Assembly (NCBI RefSeq): GCF_006345805.1
Contig: NC_043015.1
Location: 7,378,001 to 7,442,000 of the forward strand
Source: Octopus sinensis
Taxonomy: Eukaryota
Reading direction: 5' to 3'
Length of the DNA stretch: 64,000 nucleotides
Every line of letters starts with the position of its first letter. The first letter of the stretch is position 1. The notes under the pieces were generated by a model. It did no database searches. It saw nothing but the letters and a program-made list of their open reading frames with translations, and was not told the origin of the DNA. Below, piece by piece: positions 14,510 to 31,333 of the stretch. The translations under genes were made by a program, and so were the position numbers.

Positions 14510-15485
14510 GAAGGTGGAGAGCTGTCAGAATCGTTAGCATGCATAGCAAAATGCTTAGCGGCATTTCGTTCCTCTTCACGCTTTGATTTCAAATTCCGCT
14601 TTGCCTTCATCCTTTCAAGGTTAATAAAATAAATATCAGTTGAATCATTGGGTCGTTGTCATCGACTAGCCCCCTCCACCCGAAAACTTTGAACTCGGGC
14701 CAAAATTTGAAATCATTTTTATTAATAGTTTCAATTTCCGCAAACACCGACATTGTCTTTCATCCTTTCGGGGTCGTAAAATAAGTAGCAGTTAAACATT
14801 GGGGTCGATGAAATCGACTTACTCCAAATCCCGGACACGCTGGTCTTGTGCCAAAGTTGGAAAACGATATTACTGATGTTATTAAGGTGGTAAGCTGGCA
14901 AAATGGCTACAATGCCTGTTAGAATGCTTAGCGGTAATACTTTTGAAGAGCTGGCAGAAACGTTAGCACGCCGGGCGAAATGCTTAGCAGTATTTCTTTC
15001 TGCCGCTACGTTCTGAGTTCAAATTCCGTTGAGGTCGACTTTGTATTTCATCCTTCCGGGGTCGATTAAATAAGTACCATTTACGCACTGGATTCGATGT
15101 AATCGACTTAATACGTTTGTCTGTCCTTGTTTGTCCCCTCTGTGTTTAGTCCCTTGTGGGTAGTAAAGAAATAGGTATTTTGTCAGCGGTACGTTCTGAG
15201 TTCAAATTCGGCTGAGGTCGACTTTGCCCTTCATCCTTTCGGGGTCGATTAAATAAGTAACAGTTACGCACTGGGGTCGATATAATCGACTTATCCGTTT
15301 GTCTGTCCTTGTTTGTCCTCTCTGTGTTTGTCCTCTCTGGGTAGTAAAGAAATAGAAATAGGTAATTCTTTCGACGTTCTGAGTTCAAATGCCACCGGGG
15401 TCAACTTTGCCTTTTATCCTGTCGGGGTCGATAAAATAAGAACCAGTTGAACCCTAGGGACGATGAAGTCGAATTACCCCCAGCG
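14510..15485 (+). mobile_element. Cluster of about six same-orientation SINE family A copies or fragments (14511-14713, 14735-14866, 14884-14943, 14945-15172, 15173-15357, 15361-15485)
   Basis: The blocks ACGTTCTGAGTTCAAATT, GTCGACTTTG and GGGGTCGAT recur. Two tail types are present. Confidence 0.9.
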
Positions 15486-16649
15486 CCAACGTTACTATTA
15501 CTTTCCTGTGTACGTAGCATAGCAAATATATTTGGTTCCCTATAATGTTTGCCTTGCGCTGTTTCTTTTAGATTTTTGCGGCATATGTTCAGATCATACT
15601 GAATTCAGCCTAACATTTGAGGTTGATAAAACATAATATCAGTAAAGTACCTGAATCAACAAATACGGCATGATTAACAAGTCTCGCGATTTAACATTTA
15701 AACTACTTCGTGTTTACTTTTGCAGTCTTTTAACGCAGTTAAGTCTACAACGAGCATTTGAGCCTAGTTGTTTTGTTCAATGTCTACGAATTTTCAGCAG
15801 ATAATGTGACTGCTACCGGCTGTATCAACATCAATTTCATCTGTCTTTCAGTGAATGCTAATGGTCTTCCACTTCTGATTAAATTACAAATAATTTGAAA
15901 GAAGTTTAAATGTCTCTATAGCAATAAAATTAATGATGTTATATATATATATATATGTACGTATATGTATGTGTATATAAAAATATATTCATATGTATGT
16001 ATGTATATATATAAAAATATATACATATTTATGTATGTATATATATATATACGCATATATGTATGTATATACATATTAAAAATATATGTGTGTGTGCATG
16101 TATGTATATATATAGAAATAATTTGAGCTCTACAATAAAAAGAGAAGCAACAAAAAGAGCAAATATACACACGAATATATTGAAAAACCCATCAAAACTA
16201 ATTGTTAAGTTATACACACAAATTCAATTAAACACACACCTTTATACAAATAGACTCTTATATTTATCTAACTCTCTTCATGGTAATGGAAACAGAGAAA
16301 TGCCTTTGTGTTTATTTTTGGGTCTATAAATACGATTTCTATTTGACACCGTAACACCAAGGTAGACATTCACCACAATAATTTCTTTAAAGAGCATATT
16401 ATTGCTGGAGCATAAAGTTAATCACCATTTTAATCAAATTATTTTATATTCACATTCAAATAAAAATTCCGACCGCATGACTTAATATCTATTTGAACGA
16501 ATACAAAGCTAGCTCATTCACTCACCCTCCCTTCTGAATCTGTCTGTCTGTCTTTCTGGCTCTCCCTCTTATATATGTATCTACATAAATATATTATATG
16601 CACACGCCTCTCTTCCACCCACGATCTTTCTATCTGTCCACACACTGAC

Positions 16650-17491
<842 letters not shown>

Positions 17492-19524
17492 GCAGTGTTT
17501 GAGCAAGAGTATGCGTTAATGTAGGATGAGTTGCGCTTATAATCATCGACTTGAACGGAAACGGCCGCAACTTCTTGACTTCTTTCTAAAGACAAATATT
17601 GAATTGTATTTCACCTTTGAAAGTCATTGAAAATACAAAAATGTTAAATAAATAATCTAAAAACAAAAGTCATACACAAATAATAATCCTATCTCACTTT
17701 TAGGATGCATAGGCCACACTAATTTTGGGAACTCTGGATTTTCATACGCAGTCTCTCTCACCCTTTTCTTTCGTATATTAAACACAATGTTCTCATGGCA
17801 ATAAGGTTATTATTGAAAAGACTTCCCAAACACGGAAAATTTGAAATCAAATCGCTGTGTTAGCAGACAAATATAAGTTATATTAATTTTCTTTGATTCT
17901 GAGAATATATCAGATATTTACCGTAATAAAGCTTGTATTTAAAGCTGAATATCATTCTAAATTACGCAATTTTCTTAATATGAAATAAAAATCTAATATG
18001 ATTTCGGAATATAATTAGAAATAATTCATCATTCGTGGTGACCTTTTCATGCATAGATATATTTTGTAGCTGCTCTCTAATAAAATTACGATGTTCATGC
18101 AATGCCTATGTATGTAAGTACCTGAGCTGTTAAATCTTGATTCGATATATCACAATAGGTTATGAACTAAAAGTTTTGGCCAGTTTCAGCGCACTGTCAA
18201 TAAAGCTATGACACCATGATTTCCACCTTTGGCGATGAGGAGTAAAAATTCCATTGTACAAAGTCCATTCAAGATCACTATCGCTGTAGGTGTGTATGTA
18301 CTTGTGGTTGTATGTGTGTGTATGTGTTTGCGAGCGTATTTGAAACAATCAGACAAAATTACATCTAGTGACGTAGGATAACATGTAGATATAATTATCC
18401 TGTACGTCATTCTCCACTCCAGTAGCTAGTCTTGCTAAAAGATAACAGAAAATTCTAACGTACTTATCCCACTTGCTGCTACGCTATTTTACATATGGTT
18501 TTCTTCACACCATACTACTCATCAACCCGCTTCCCTATCCATATTGGCACAGTCCACTGTTTTTTATATGTCCTCTTCTAACACTAGAAAATTATATGTC
18601 TATTCCACGACATGTTTTTCAGTGTCTATATGTCTTCATCATATTACGATGATCTTGTTTAGTTTCACTAACTTCTTTTAAACTTTTCTCTATGCCTTAT
18701 GCTAAGGCTCTGGCTCATCCTCTCTCCGATAGTGTTGGCAGCCGATCATTTCCAAGAAAATGCACCGGCTGTGCATCTATTATTGAAATAGTTGTTAAAA
18801 ACGATCTGTAGCAGTTCTTACTTCCATAATTATTACGATCTATGCTCATATAACAACACAACTCATATTGCTAAACATATATATAAATGTGTAATTTAAC
18901 GTGCTAACCTCGTCCTAATCCATTGCGTGTATATAGTCCAAAATGGGGACGCACATAAATTTCTCTATGTGATCGGCTTGAACATTGTTAACATGAAAAC
19001 AATTGTAGCCTTATTACACAAAGTATCTTTATCCACCAGTGCGGTGTTGAGCACTCATTCTCATTGTTTGACATTCCCGTATATATATATTTCTACACAC
19101 GCACACGCGCAAACTCAAACGCAGACACACACACATTTTAGACTGCGGGTGATGGAGACCTCAATCGTACAAAGAAAAGAATCAGAACTGAAAGCATGTT
19201 TATATACATCTTTAATTTTTATGCTTTTAATTTTATTTATGCACGTCATGAAGAGATTCATGGACCGAAGGATTCGTTCATGACGCTTATTAAGTTTGGT
19301 AAATAGCATGCATAAATATCTCGGCCCTTGACGTAATATATATGTTCTGAGTCTATCTATCTGTCTGTATGCCTGAAATACATACATAAAATATCTGTGT
19401 GTGTGCGTGCGTGCGTGCGTATGTAGTTATATATATATATATTATATTTTGTGAAATTTGATTTAGTATTTCTAAATTGAATTTTTCCCTGTAAATTTGG
19501 AATGATATTCCCTCATGTTATTAT

Positions 19525-19631
<107 letters not shown>

Positions 19632-22270
19632 TCCTGCATATTTGTTGGGATAATCGGAAATTATATATCTGCAGCAATCTCGAATAATATTCAGAAGAAT
19701 AATTGCATAAAATCCGGCTGAAGTCTCCTATGTATTAGAACCCTTAACAAGCGCTTTCGTATGTTACCGTGTTACCAGAATGTGGACCAATAATTAAACG
19801 CTATATTGGTTCAGTCTTTTCAGATTAGATTCATTGCGTTCTCACAGTTTCAGTCTGTGGATGTAACTTTGAAAAAACACTTAGCGCTGGAAAGATAAAT
19901 GCACCAATACTGACATAAGGTCGCTCCCACTGAGCCACAGGAAATATCTTAGATATTTTGCAAAACACTGCACACATCAATGATGATAGTTCGTACCTTC
20001 TAATGTTTTTTCCTTGCTTTTATTTTTTGACATGGCATTGTTGTATTTGCATAAACTGAGTTTTACTGAAATAATCTAATCGATAATTTAAACAATTGCT
20101 GATTAACTGTTGTATATTCATGGCTGTAACAACGTTTAGACTGAATGGCAAAAGATGAACAAGAGAAAGTTTATGTGGCACTGAATGAACTACTCTCTTT
20201 GCTACATTTCAGAATATTAACGTGGCATTCCTAATTAAAATTCTAATGAAAATATTAATGCACATATTAAATATATAATGTCAGAAAGATGTGAAAAATT
20301 CTCGTAAATGAATAATTTGAATAGCTTTTCATACTTTTTTCCCCATATAAAATGTAATCTGAAGGGACAATCACGGAATACAAGTTTCTTATTGCTATCA
20401 CCCGAGAAAAAAAACAGAAACGACGTTCTGATGCCTTTAATAATGTAATGTACTAACTGATCGAGGTAAACAATCTAGTTCTCTTTGAAGAGATACCTGC
20501 AGTGTTTCTGCTTAAATCGATACTACAGAAGTTGAATGTGTTTGTGATTGGTTATATCAGGAATGTGTGAGCTATTAAGAGCTTGATTTATTGCGAAGTG
20601 TTGGAAGGTAAACTCAATTTGTCATCCGTTTTAACACTACAAATTCTCCCTTGGGTAACTTTAGTAGAGTACTTGAGTGACATTAGATACAACTCTCTAC
20701 CCATCCGTTCGACCATCAATTCCGAAATCCATGAACATTGTCATGAGTTCTGCTGTTCTTCCTCAGATTAATCTGTTTAACTTGAGTACAAATTTATTGC
20801 ATTCACAATATAATGCACAAAACATATTTCACAAATAATTAATGATTTAACTTTGTAAGCAGCTGCTTCATTAGAATTAACATAATTACGTAATGAAGGT
20901 TCGTAATTAATTTAAAAGTGATATTCACTCACGTCGGCAGGAGAAAAGCTGGTAATAAGGAAACCGCTGCTTAAATATAAACAATACAGAGCTAAATTAT
21001 ATATCACCTGCATGTGATTAAGATGAATTGCACCTCTGTATATAGAGTTTTAAAATTCATGGTAATTATGACTCCTTTTACTGCATCTCATTTTCCTTGT
21101 AGGTCTCCTGCACTCAGCTTGAACAAGGCATAGATTCCTGCAATGTTTGAATAACTGAAACTTTGTCGTCGAAAATGAATACACATAACTTCATAATCGA
21201 AGAAGAGTCTATTGATAGACTGTAACATTTTACGATAAGACATCTATAAATGGTTTTCTCCGATAGTTAAATAATTAAGCTCACTTGTATATTTAGTGGG
21301 TTAATCTCATAATTTGTAAGTAATGTTTGTGTTGAACTGCATACTTCATTGAATACAATAAATCACTTGGAATAACATAATGACAAAAGTGAGTGAGCGA
21401 GAGAGGGAAGGGGAGAGAGAGAGTGAGTGAAAGGCAGAAAGAAGGAGAGAGTGTAGACAAGAAGGAAATAGTTGGAAAGTAAGTAAAAATGATTTTAGAG
21501 AGTATGTTTCTCTAAGCTTTGAGTTTTCAGTAAGGCTGTATTAGACAATGAAATGAGGTTCTGTCAAGTAATTCTATAATGAAATAAAAATAATTCAACC
21601 CGTTGCCTTAGAAATTAGTAAGAAGAACAGACATCGCTATTGTAATGTCTTAGTTGATAAAGCTGCTCCATCATGGCTGAATGAAGTTACGTTACATAAG
21701 ACGTCTTAGTATTCAAATTGTTAATACTCAGATGGATTTGACATAGTTTATAGAGATTTAAACGATTTTCAATCATGCAGATTAAATTTAAATTAGAATC
21801 CGGTGTAAATAATATTCTGTATCTTATTCTCATCAGATAAAACAACGACGTGTTCTGACTGTCATATGATATTTTGTAGATGACGGATCTATTCTCATAA
21901 ATAAAAATAAAAACCTAACAAAACAAACAGAAAACAACAACAAAACAAAAAAATAATATAAAACCTATATTTATAAAAAGATAGGCATCATGTTTTCATA
22001 TACGTCTAATCAATTTATCAAAAGACATTACTTCCGTCTGAAATTAAATACGAAGTAACCATCTGATTATTCCGATCGAATTATTAGATTATCGATTCAT
22101 GTATATATTTACATTCATAAAATGTTAAATATTTTTGCCTACATACATGTATATATGTGTGTATATGTATGTGAGCGTGTGTGTGTGTATTTATCTATAT
22201 ATCTTTATATATATATAAAATATACATATAGTTATAGGAGGGTGTGTATATACATGCATATATATGTGTG

Positions 22271-22301
<31 letters not shown>

Positions 22302-22303
22302 GT

Positions 22304-22360
<57 letters not shown>

Positions 22361-23782
22361 TATGGAGACATGCGTAAATATGCATACATATACTTATACA
22401 TGTGAGTATGTTTTCACGTGTGTCTGTAAGTTTTTGCGCATCTGTATATACATGTATGTATGTATATAAATGTGTGTTTGTGCCTGTTTTTATTTTGTGC
22501 AAAGATGTGTGTGAGTGCTTGTTTGGTGCATGAGACTGTGTGCTTAACTGATTACACACTCTCCCCGCATACTTCTCTTTCTTTCTTTCTTGCTTTTATC
22601 CTTTCTTTCTATCTCTCTCACACAGACATTCACTTTTATGTGTGTGTGTGCAACCGTATCCGTGTATAAAATTATATTTACATTATGAATGAAGCAATAG
22701 CTTCAAGGAATATGGATAAACCAAACAAATAACAATAAGTGCATACATTTGTCAGAATTGTAATACATATAAAATTAAAAGAGAAATTATTTATCAATTA
22801 AGCATTATTGTGATACGAGAAAAAATATATGCATATAAATACATACACACATGTATTTGTGCATATATATATACACACACACATACACATATAGATCTAA
22901 AAATATGTGTAAAAAAATCTAAGTCTAACTAGCAATTGATGTTAATACAGCCGATTTAATATCCGGGGAAAAAAAAATCTACTTCTCAATCAATCATATT
23001 TAAAATGGCAAAAACCAAATGAGAGAATAAAGAAAGAAGGTATCATTACTTTATTTAAGTACATTATTATCAATTTGATAATATCAAATAAAAAGGAAAT
23101 ATTCTTTTGGCAAAGGGGAAAAATCATTGTGATTTCAGAAAAAAAAAGAGAGAAAAAGAGAGAAAAAGAGAGAAAAAATTCAAAAAGAAAATTGCATACA
23201 TATATGCTTGTATATATATATACACACACACGCACATACACACAAATTTATGCTTATATGTGTGAGCGTGTGTGTGCTTATAATAATTGCATAGAGAATG
23301 AGAATACAAAGCATTGATTTTTGCGTGCGAGCATGCAACTGTGTGCTGAAGAGGTTAAATAGACGTCGCGTATGAAATGCCGTCTCTATTGGTGTATGAG
23401 AGTAATGAAATGTAGTTAAATCATAGAAATTAATATTATCTATGTAAATGTCGATTGAAATTATCGAATATTGAAGAACAAAAAAAAAAACTGATATATA
23501 ATAATGATAAAATATGAAGCATAAATATGAAAATGAATACGCAAAATATAATAAACACATAAAAAAAAGACAGTTAATTGAAGACCATAATATATGTACT
23601 TCCTTGAATCATATCAGAGTTGAGTTAAAAATGGCCGAACTCTTTAGGTAGATTAGTTCCAGATGCAAGCACGGAAACTTATAGTACGTATATATACATG
23701 TACATTTACGTAAGAATATATTCGTATATATACACACACATACATATATACATACTCACACATGCATGCATATATACATTAA

Positions 23783-23841
<59 letters not shown>

Positions 23842-26800
23842 CACACACAAAAATATACATGAGTTTCCATTAATGCTCATATATATGTATGTGAAATCCA
23901 TGTTCTGTGCTTAGTTTTGCAGCTAATATATATAGATATGCATTCAAACTTGCAGAAGTACTCACGAATATTTGTGCGTATACAGCTATGCAATCACACG
24001 TCCCCCGACTCATATACACACATACACACTCAAATGCACACCAACCCACACGCACCTATATGTTCATCTTTAGAGCATATATAAATCTATATGAAACATA
24101 TACGCTCACTCTTTCTTATCTCTAGCTATACCGATATTTAAACATATACACATACACACACACGGCTTTCATTATTCATGCTTATCAATGCGTTATCCAT
24201 TTTACGAAATTGAATGTGCGGATTTTTGCTGTTGTTGATGATTGAACAAGAGTGGATTAGAAGTCTAATTTGTGATATAAAGCATATTGAAAGGTTTTAG
24301 GTTATATAACATAGGGATGTGGTTCATTAAGAGTTAAGAGCCTTAAATAAGGGCTTTGATCTCATTGTTCCCTTTGATCTGAAAGTATGCTAATAATTAT
24401 ATTATTCTCATATACGCGTAACAGTCACTCCACAAATTCAAAATAACACTTCTCTTTACGCTTTCTCTTTCATGCATAGATTCTAAACCTTAAGCATACA
24501 CAAACTATCGGAAGTAATATTGTTTAGCTGCATGCATTAATGCAAAATTCATATCCCTCCATTGAAAGTCTTTCTATTATCTTGTTCTCTTTGCAAAAGT
24601 GTACACTTTCATCTGCACATGCACATATATGCATGCATGCTCACACATGTATATGTATGAATTTGTATGCATATTTAATGGATAAGCATTCGTGTGAACA
24701 CACACACACACACACACACAAGCATTAAATCATAACGCGCACACATGCCTGCATGTTTTAATGCCTTTAGATATGCAACGGAGACCCATTCTGCATGATT
24801 GTAATCATTATATATATATATGTAAATACAGAATCACACGCAAATATTACACAAACACACTCATGCGTGGTGCACACACACACACACACACACATACATA
24901 CATATATATATATATATATGTATATATATGTATATATATATGTGTGTGTGTGTGTGTGTATTCGCAAGCAAACACACACAAACATGCACAATATCCTGAT
25001 GTTAATAAGCTACTACTTAAAGCTTTCAAACATAAATTCTACATAGTATATTGATAGTCCGTTGGTGTTTCTGTTAGAAGAAAATGTTACTTTCTATACT
25101 GTTAATGCCTATTTAGCTCAGGATTAGCAGGGTTATGGTTTCTCAGAATATATACACCATTATTCCAAAAATCATTCTACTGATGTTCTATGACCAAATT
25201 ATTTTCATTTTATATCTTTCATATACTCTCAGACTGTCCCTGAACCAGCTCACATAAGAAGAAAGGGCAATAATCAAGAGCTCACAGATTTTTTTTAAAT
25301 GTATAAAATTCATGCAAAACATATTTTTCGTGTGTGTTTCAATAATTAATTGGATTAACTTTGATCAATTTTCAATATTGAATTTGATTAATTTGTTGTG
25401 TGATTTGGGAAGATTTTGGCTGTTATTTCTAACATAACGGACAAGTAAGTTCATGTCGATGCTCCAGTTTTGGCACTTTTATTATCGTGTAATTATGTTA
25501 CTTTGCTCCACAGACAAGAACATATGCCAAAATGTTTTATTTTTTTCTGCCTTACTGTTCTTTTTATCACTATTGGAGATGAAATTTAATATTTGATTTA
25601 TGAGATTATTTTTCTCTTATTTTTCATGTTTTTACTTGTTTCCACTTGGAAGGGCATGATTTATACTATACTATACTATAGCATACTGCAGCGTATAAAC
25701 AACGCGTATATACATACAAGCACACGTAGGAATAAATGCATACCTGTAAATAAAAACATGTATGTATATATATAAATGTATAAGTATATATATATATATA
25801 TAAATGTGTGTGTACATGTGTGAATGTATATTCAAATTTATATACGTATATAGAGACACACAATAATAGACACATACCTATTATGCACTCATATATACAT
25901 ACATATATATGTTCTTATACATGTGTGTCTGCGTGTGTTAATATGTATGTGCTTATACGTATATACACACATGTGCGGCCAAAGAACGTATATATGTCTT
26001 GAGTTTCTTTCATTCATTGCGTCTGTGGCCGTAAAAATGGAGCACAGTTATCTATACATATTCCTATATACACACACAGGCAAGCACATGGGTGTATTTA
26101 ACACAGATTACTACAAGGCCAATCAATTGTGAATAGGCACATACATAAATTTATAAAATTAAATTGATATTGTAAAAGCAACATCTCATAGAAAGCTTTC
26201 CCGCGTAGGATACATCTACGCTGAATCATAATATAATGGTCAGCTTTCCCTTTAACATATTAGCATATTTATTAAAATTACTGCCAACGTTTTAAACAAG
26301 TCAACAATGGGTAGTTGTCGTTTTTGCTGCTTCTTAGGTCTTCATGGTCTCTGATGGAGTAGACAGTGCCTCAAATACATTCTAACTGTAACAATATCAA
26401 TTTGTTAATATCTTTAAGGAATTCCAGGGCATATTATAAAATTCGGACCTTTATCATACCGGGTACTGTGATTTCAGAGGACTTTGGTGGTTACTTGTAA
26501 CAAATGTCTCGTTCGCTCACAACCACCTTGCGCAGATCTCATTGTGATTGCTGAAATAATTTTTAAAAAAAATATCAGCTTGATTCTTTCTCAAATCACA
26601 GGGTATTGGCATATAAAGTCAAGGACACATAAGATAAAGCGTTGTTGGTGAGAAACACGAGAACTACATAACTGGTATAACTTTGGCCATAAATTCTCCG
26701 ATTCAGAGATGTAGTCTAAAACGTGATTATATTGGGTAATATACTCTTCTATTGTGTGAAAATATGTTAAAATAGCTAATGTTGGAGAGGAGTCCCCCTC

Positions 26801-27395
26801 ATAAATTTACATAATCTGAAATGGTATTGAAGTTTTTTAAAATCAGAAATTTTAAAATTCAGTTTCTATGAAAAGCAAGAATACTAAACACAAACTTAAT
26901 TCAAGTAATTTATCTGTCTCTAATAATTAAAAATCTCTGTTTATCGTAGACAGATTTTAAGCAAATAAAATTAAAATAATATTCGAATTAATCTCACACC
27001 TTCAGCTATATGGTTGGGTCAAATAGGTTATCTTAAAAAGACCATTGTTTTTTTTTTTTTTTTTTAAACATACCCTATTTTAGTTGAATGATCTGAGAAG
27101 AGTAATCTCTGAAAATGTGTTTCAAAAAATAATATATATATGAAGAAAACAAATAGCTTTATTTAGAATTCTTCTCCTTCGTGAAACAAACATGATTTGA
27201 AGGATGCTCTAATTTCCTTAAAACCGTTGGCGCTTTGTATTTTGAGACAAAAATAAACCGAAAGAATATAAGCCTTTAAGGTATTTGTTTTGGCGTAAAA
27301 GAAAACAAAAGAATTCGTTGCACCGAAAATATTCCACTCTAAATACCCCACCCAAGAAACACATGCCATGTTTTTCTTCATTATCAACTGACTGT

Positions 27396-27477
<82 letters not shown>

Positions 27478-27555
27478 TATGTGTTGTGTGTGTGTTTGTG
27501 TATACATACATACAAACATACATACATGCATACATAGATACATATATATGTGTGC

Positions 27556-27596
<41 letters not shown>

Positions 27597-30114
27597 CGAG
27601 TAATCTGGAAGACATACGTTTGATAATAAAACTGAACGACTTTGCTTGAGGAAAGCATGCACTGTTCTACTTAATATCACGATACAAATTGCATTTTTTT
27701 TCCAACAACCTTGAATGACCTTTTTAGTATAACAAAACTACTTGAAAAGAGGTATAATTATGCCTTGACATGCATTCCGTTAGTCCAACTGATTGTGTAT
27801 TTAATTTATAACTTTCATGTCCTCTCTATCTTTGAGTTATATTTGCCAGATAAAAATAGTTCAGCAGAAGCAGGATAGGATGTTTGCGAATATAATGCTA
27901 TCTCTTTCACTGATGTATAATTCTACTTTTGTGAAGTACTGTAGTCTTCCTTCATTTAGCAGAATTCCCCAAGTAAAACAAATGTCTCTCTGTTGAAAAT
28001 ACACTAGTGGAGAGTGATGTGGAGAGAGAGAGAGAGAAGGGAGGGATGGAGGGAGAGAGAGTTGATCACATTATTCGAACTGTTTTATAGTAATTAATAT
28101 TACTCCCATTGATTCATATGTATCTCAACTGTGACGACCTAATCTTTCATCATATTTGCTTGTACAGTGTAAGTAGAAAGGAAACTTTTAAATCAATAAT
28201 GTTCTCTTCTCTGTACCTTTTGATATTGAGTCTAGGGAAAAAATTTAAATGTTTCAGTTGTATTATTTTATCGCTCTTTAGTCTGGAGCCTAATAGTAGG
28301 GGAGAAGGAATGAACATTTGCACATCATGGTCGTCTATATATCATCTAAGTTATTCAATGATACAACAGAGTGCTATACAACCATGGGGTACTATCGACT
28401 CTGAATCACAGGGGCATTAAAATGCAACTGGAAAGAGCAAAATGAAAGGAGCGTCTTATACTACTGTTCTTTGTGATACAATGTGGTACATCACAACATG
28501 CCGTTTTTAATAGGACGTATCTATTGTTTCACGGTTCGGTTTATCTCATAATGATGCGAAAATTGGAAGGATGGCCACATCAGGTGTGTATTCAATTGTG
28601 GTTGGATGGTTAAGAGATTAGTTTAGGCTAAATGACACCATCTACCACCAACGTCAGTTAAGAGACACACATCATATCTTAGTTGGAATATAATTGCCTG
28701 AATACAAGATAGGTTTATCAAACATGGATATGTTTTTAATCATAGACTTGTTAAGTCAAAGCTGCAACGAGACAATAAAACAGTGACACTTCAATAGAAA
28801 CAGCAATGGAGCCAATGACAGAGGCGCGAAATAACGAGAGAGAACCTTAGGGAAGTGTTTGATATGTCAGAAGTAACAGCGAAACATGCGTCACATTAGA
28901 TAATATATACCTGAATAACGCTGTGATGATCAAAGATAGAGTTCCCATGACCCTATGTCTGTAGAGCCAGGGCTACCTAAAGTCAAATATCCCCGAGTCG
29001 ATCTCGGTATGTTTTAATGCAGATGAGCGTTACTTAAAATATGATGATGTTTGTCATAGAAATAGAACGTATTCGACTATATTTAACTCTAGCAACATAC
29101 TGAAGTACCAATATTCCGTTCTAAGATAAACAAATGATTTATTCTAATATTTCAGATGAAGATAAGAAACTACTCAAGGAAATTTATTATCAGCAAGTTT
29201 TCCATGGCATCACTTATCAATCTCAGCACTGGAAATCACATTGACACGTAGGTTAATAGGAACCAACTCAATTTTGATCGAACGCTGAAAGGTAACGTTC
29301 CGATAGCAAAAGCTATATTAGTCTCCAAGTATTATAAATAATATACTGCATCCTTTATATTCAGTAAAATATTAAAAAAAACAACATACAAAATTATGTT
29401 GATCATATATCGTATATATGTCATAATCAAATGTAAAGCATGTTATTGGTGATAGCCAAACAAAACACCTACGGCTGTTTAACAAATCTGAACTAGAAGA
29501 TATTACTTCTGTGTTTGTCAAATTGATATTCATGAAGATGTTCTTAAAATTCAATATGGTAAATGTGCAGTCTCGCCGAAAGAGTGACTCGTAAAGTAGC
29601 AGTGATATTACACGATACGGAGAAGAGGAACTCGCGTGAACTCAACATCCAAAGGTACAGGAATTTCGAAGTATATTAATGCTAGAAAGACAACGGCCGA
29701 CACCCTGAAGCAGCAAAATAATTTGAATTACTCTGGTGGATTAGGCTACATCAAATGATTATTTAATGCAGAAAGCTAAGAGAAGTGACAATTTGATCCT
29801 TCTGTCTTAGAATTACTAATATCTACTTTTTGCATGTGGGCACAAGTCTTGACAACCTCGATAACATGACAAACAAAATCGATTGCGAAATTTGATACCA
29901 AGAATATTCTTGCTCCTTGCTTATAGCTGTCCGTCAATGGTGACGACGACGGGCTCCTCTAGAAGTCTTATCCTACATTTTGTGAGTTGATAAATGTAAA
30001 AACAGTCCGATCCTAGTATGGATTGTCCTTGAACAAAGTGATGTTAACAAGGGTAGTTGCCTATGATGTTGGTGAGTCATAGATTATGTTGACCTTTGCT
30101 CAAGTTTCTCACGT

Positions 30115-30560
30115 CGGATTAATTCAAAGTGTGCAGCTCCTTCGTCGCAGCGGGAGCTCCAATTTTGCTGGTTCCAAGCAAAGTGTTCAAGTTGTGCCGG
30201 TTGAATGTTGCAGAATTTGCAGACAAGATTAAGATGGTCTCTGAACGTTTTCTTGGGTTCCTTGTTGGGCGAACACCGGTTGATAGCTCTCCGAAGAGAA
30301 TCATTTACGAGAGACGATCATCGGGCATCTTGCTAACGTGCCCGACCCATTTTAAAAGTCGGCGTTGAATGGAGGCTTCAGCCTTAGAGATTCCTGCTTG
30401 CTGGAGAATTTCTATGTAGGCGGGGGGGGGGAATCTTTCCAAGTAATGCGTAAAATTCCTCGGAGAAAATGGATGTGAAATGACACTAGCTTCCTCAAAC
30501 GATGGCAGTATAAGGTCAAGAAGATAAAAACAAGTTAGTATACTGAGCATTCTACGCGAC
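30115..30560 (-). mobile_element. RTE-clade LINE 3' remnant (C-terminal end of ORF2, frameshifted)
   Basis: Translated pieces LTLYCHRLRKLVSFHIHFLRGILRITWKD, IEILQQAGISKAEASIQRRLLKWVGHVSKMPDDRLS and KMILFGELSTGVRPTRNPRKR match the RTE/BovB C-terminal pattern (FH..CLR.IL.I.WQD; L.W.GHV.RM.D.RLPK..L.GEL..G.R). Confidence 0.85.
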
Positions 30561-31044
30561 AATTCGAACTCTGCTAATTTACTTTAAAACTGTTCAGAAG
30601 TAAAAATAAAAAAGAAAACCCTCAAGTAGAAAACAAGGCGAAGATTATATTTTGCATCGTTAGATATTATCCGCTAATTAATTATGCAAAACGCACACAC
30701 ACAAACCCCACACACACAAACCATATACGTATAAGTTTAAAAAATCCTATGGCTACTAGAGACAATTGCCGTGCTGGCGATAGGAAGGGAGCCAGAAAAA
30801 CGATTGTCCTTTAATTTCCAGGCAAAGCTTGATGTTATTCGTTTGAGGAATTCTTTAATCTTCAGATTATCTCTCATTCTCCAGTGAACCTTGACTTAAT
30901 TGCCATTTGATAATTATGATGTATTCTCTAGAGGCGGAAATATCTTTAATACATCAAGAATGGGACAGCAATATCACGAGCAGCCTTCAGTTATATTGCA
31001 CCCGAAGCGAATTTTAACTCAATAATCTACAGAATAATATTGAT

Positions 31045-31165
31045 TTCTAATTTTCGTACAAGGCCAGCAATTTCGTGGGAGGGGTTAGTCGATTACATCG
31101 ACCCTGTGCTGAACGGGCGCTTACTTTCATTACTCTGAAAGGATGAAAGGCAATGTAGTTTTCGA
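31045..31165 (-). mobile_element. Degenerate SINE family A 3' fragment
   Basis: GTCGATTACATCGACCC...GAAAGGATGAAAGGCAA is the reverse complement of the family A body. Confidence 0.6.
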
Positions 31166-31300
31166 TGGAATCCTTCATGCTAATATTCGTAGCTTTTCCT
31201 ATTTCACGATTTTACTTTTAATGAATAAGTTATTAAATAAGTCTCAAAATTATTCTCATAATGTAAATAATAACATTTAAATATTTATGAAAGTAACCGA

Positions 31301-31333
<33 letters not shown>

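Noticed and set aside
15790-15880. Minus-strand RSGRPLAF, resembling the mariner/Tc1 HTH linker
   Set aside because: The flanking residues do not continue the transposase pattern and there is no TIR nearby.
29156-29247. Plus-strand exon-like segment (ATATTTCAG|...GACAC|GTAGGT)
   Set aside because: The splice signals are good but the peptides (MKIRNYSRKF... or EDKKLLKEIYY...*) are unrecognised. It does not connect into a gene model, and similar candidates occur on both strands.
29410-29590. VIGDSQTKHL, resembling the SGNH-esterase motif of some LINE ORF1 proteins
   Set aside because: It is a single weak motif with no downstream G/N/H blocks.
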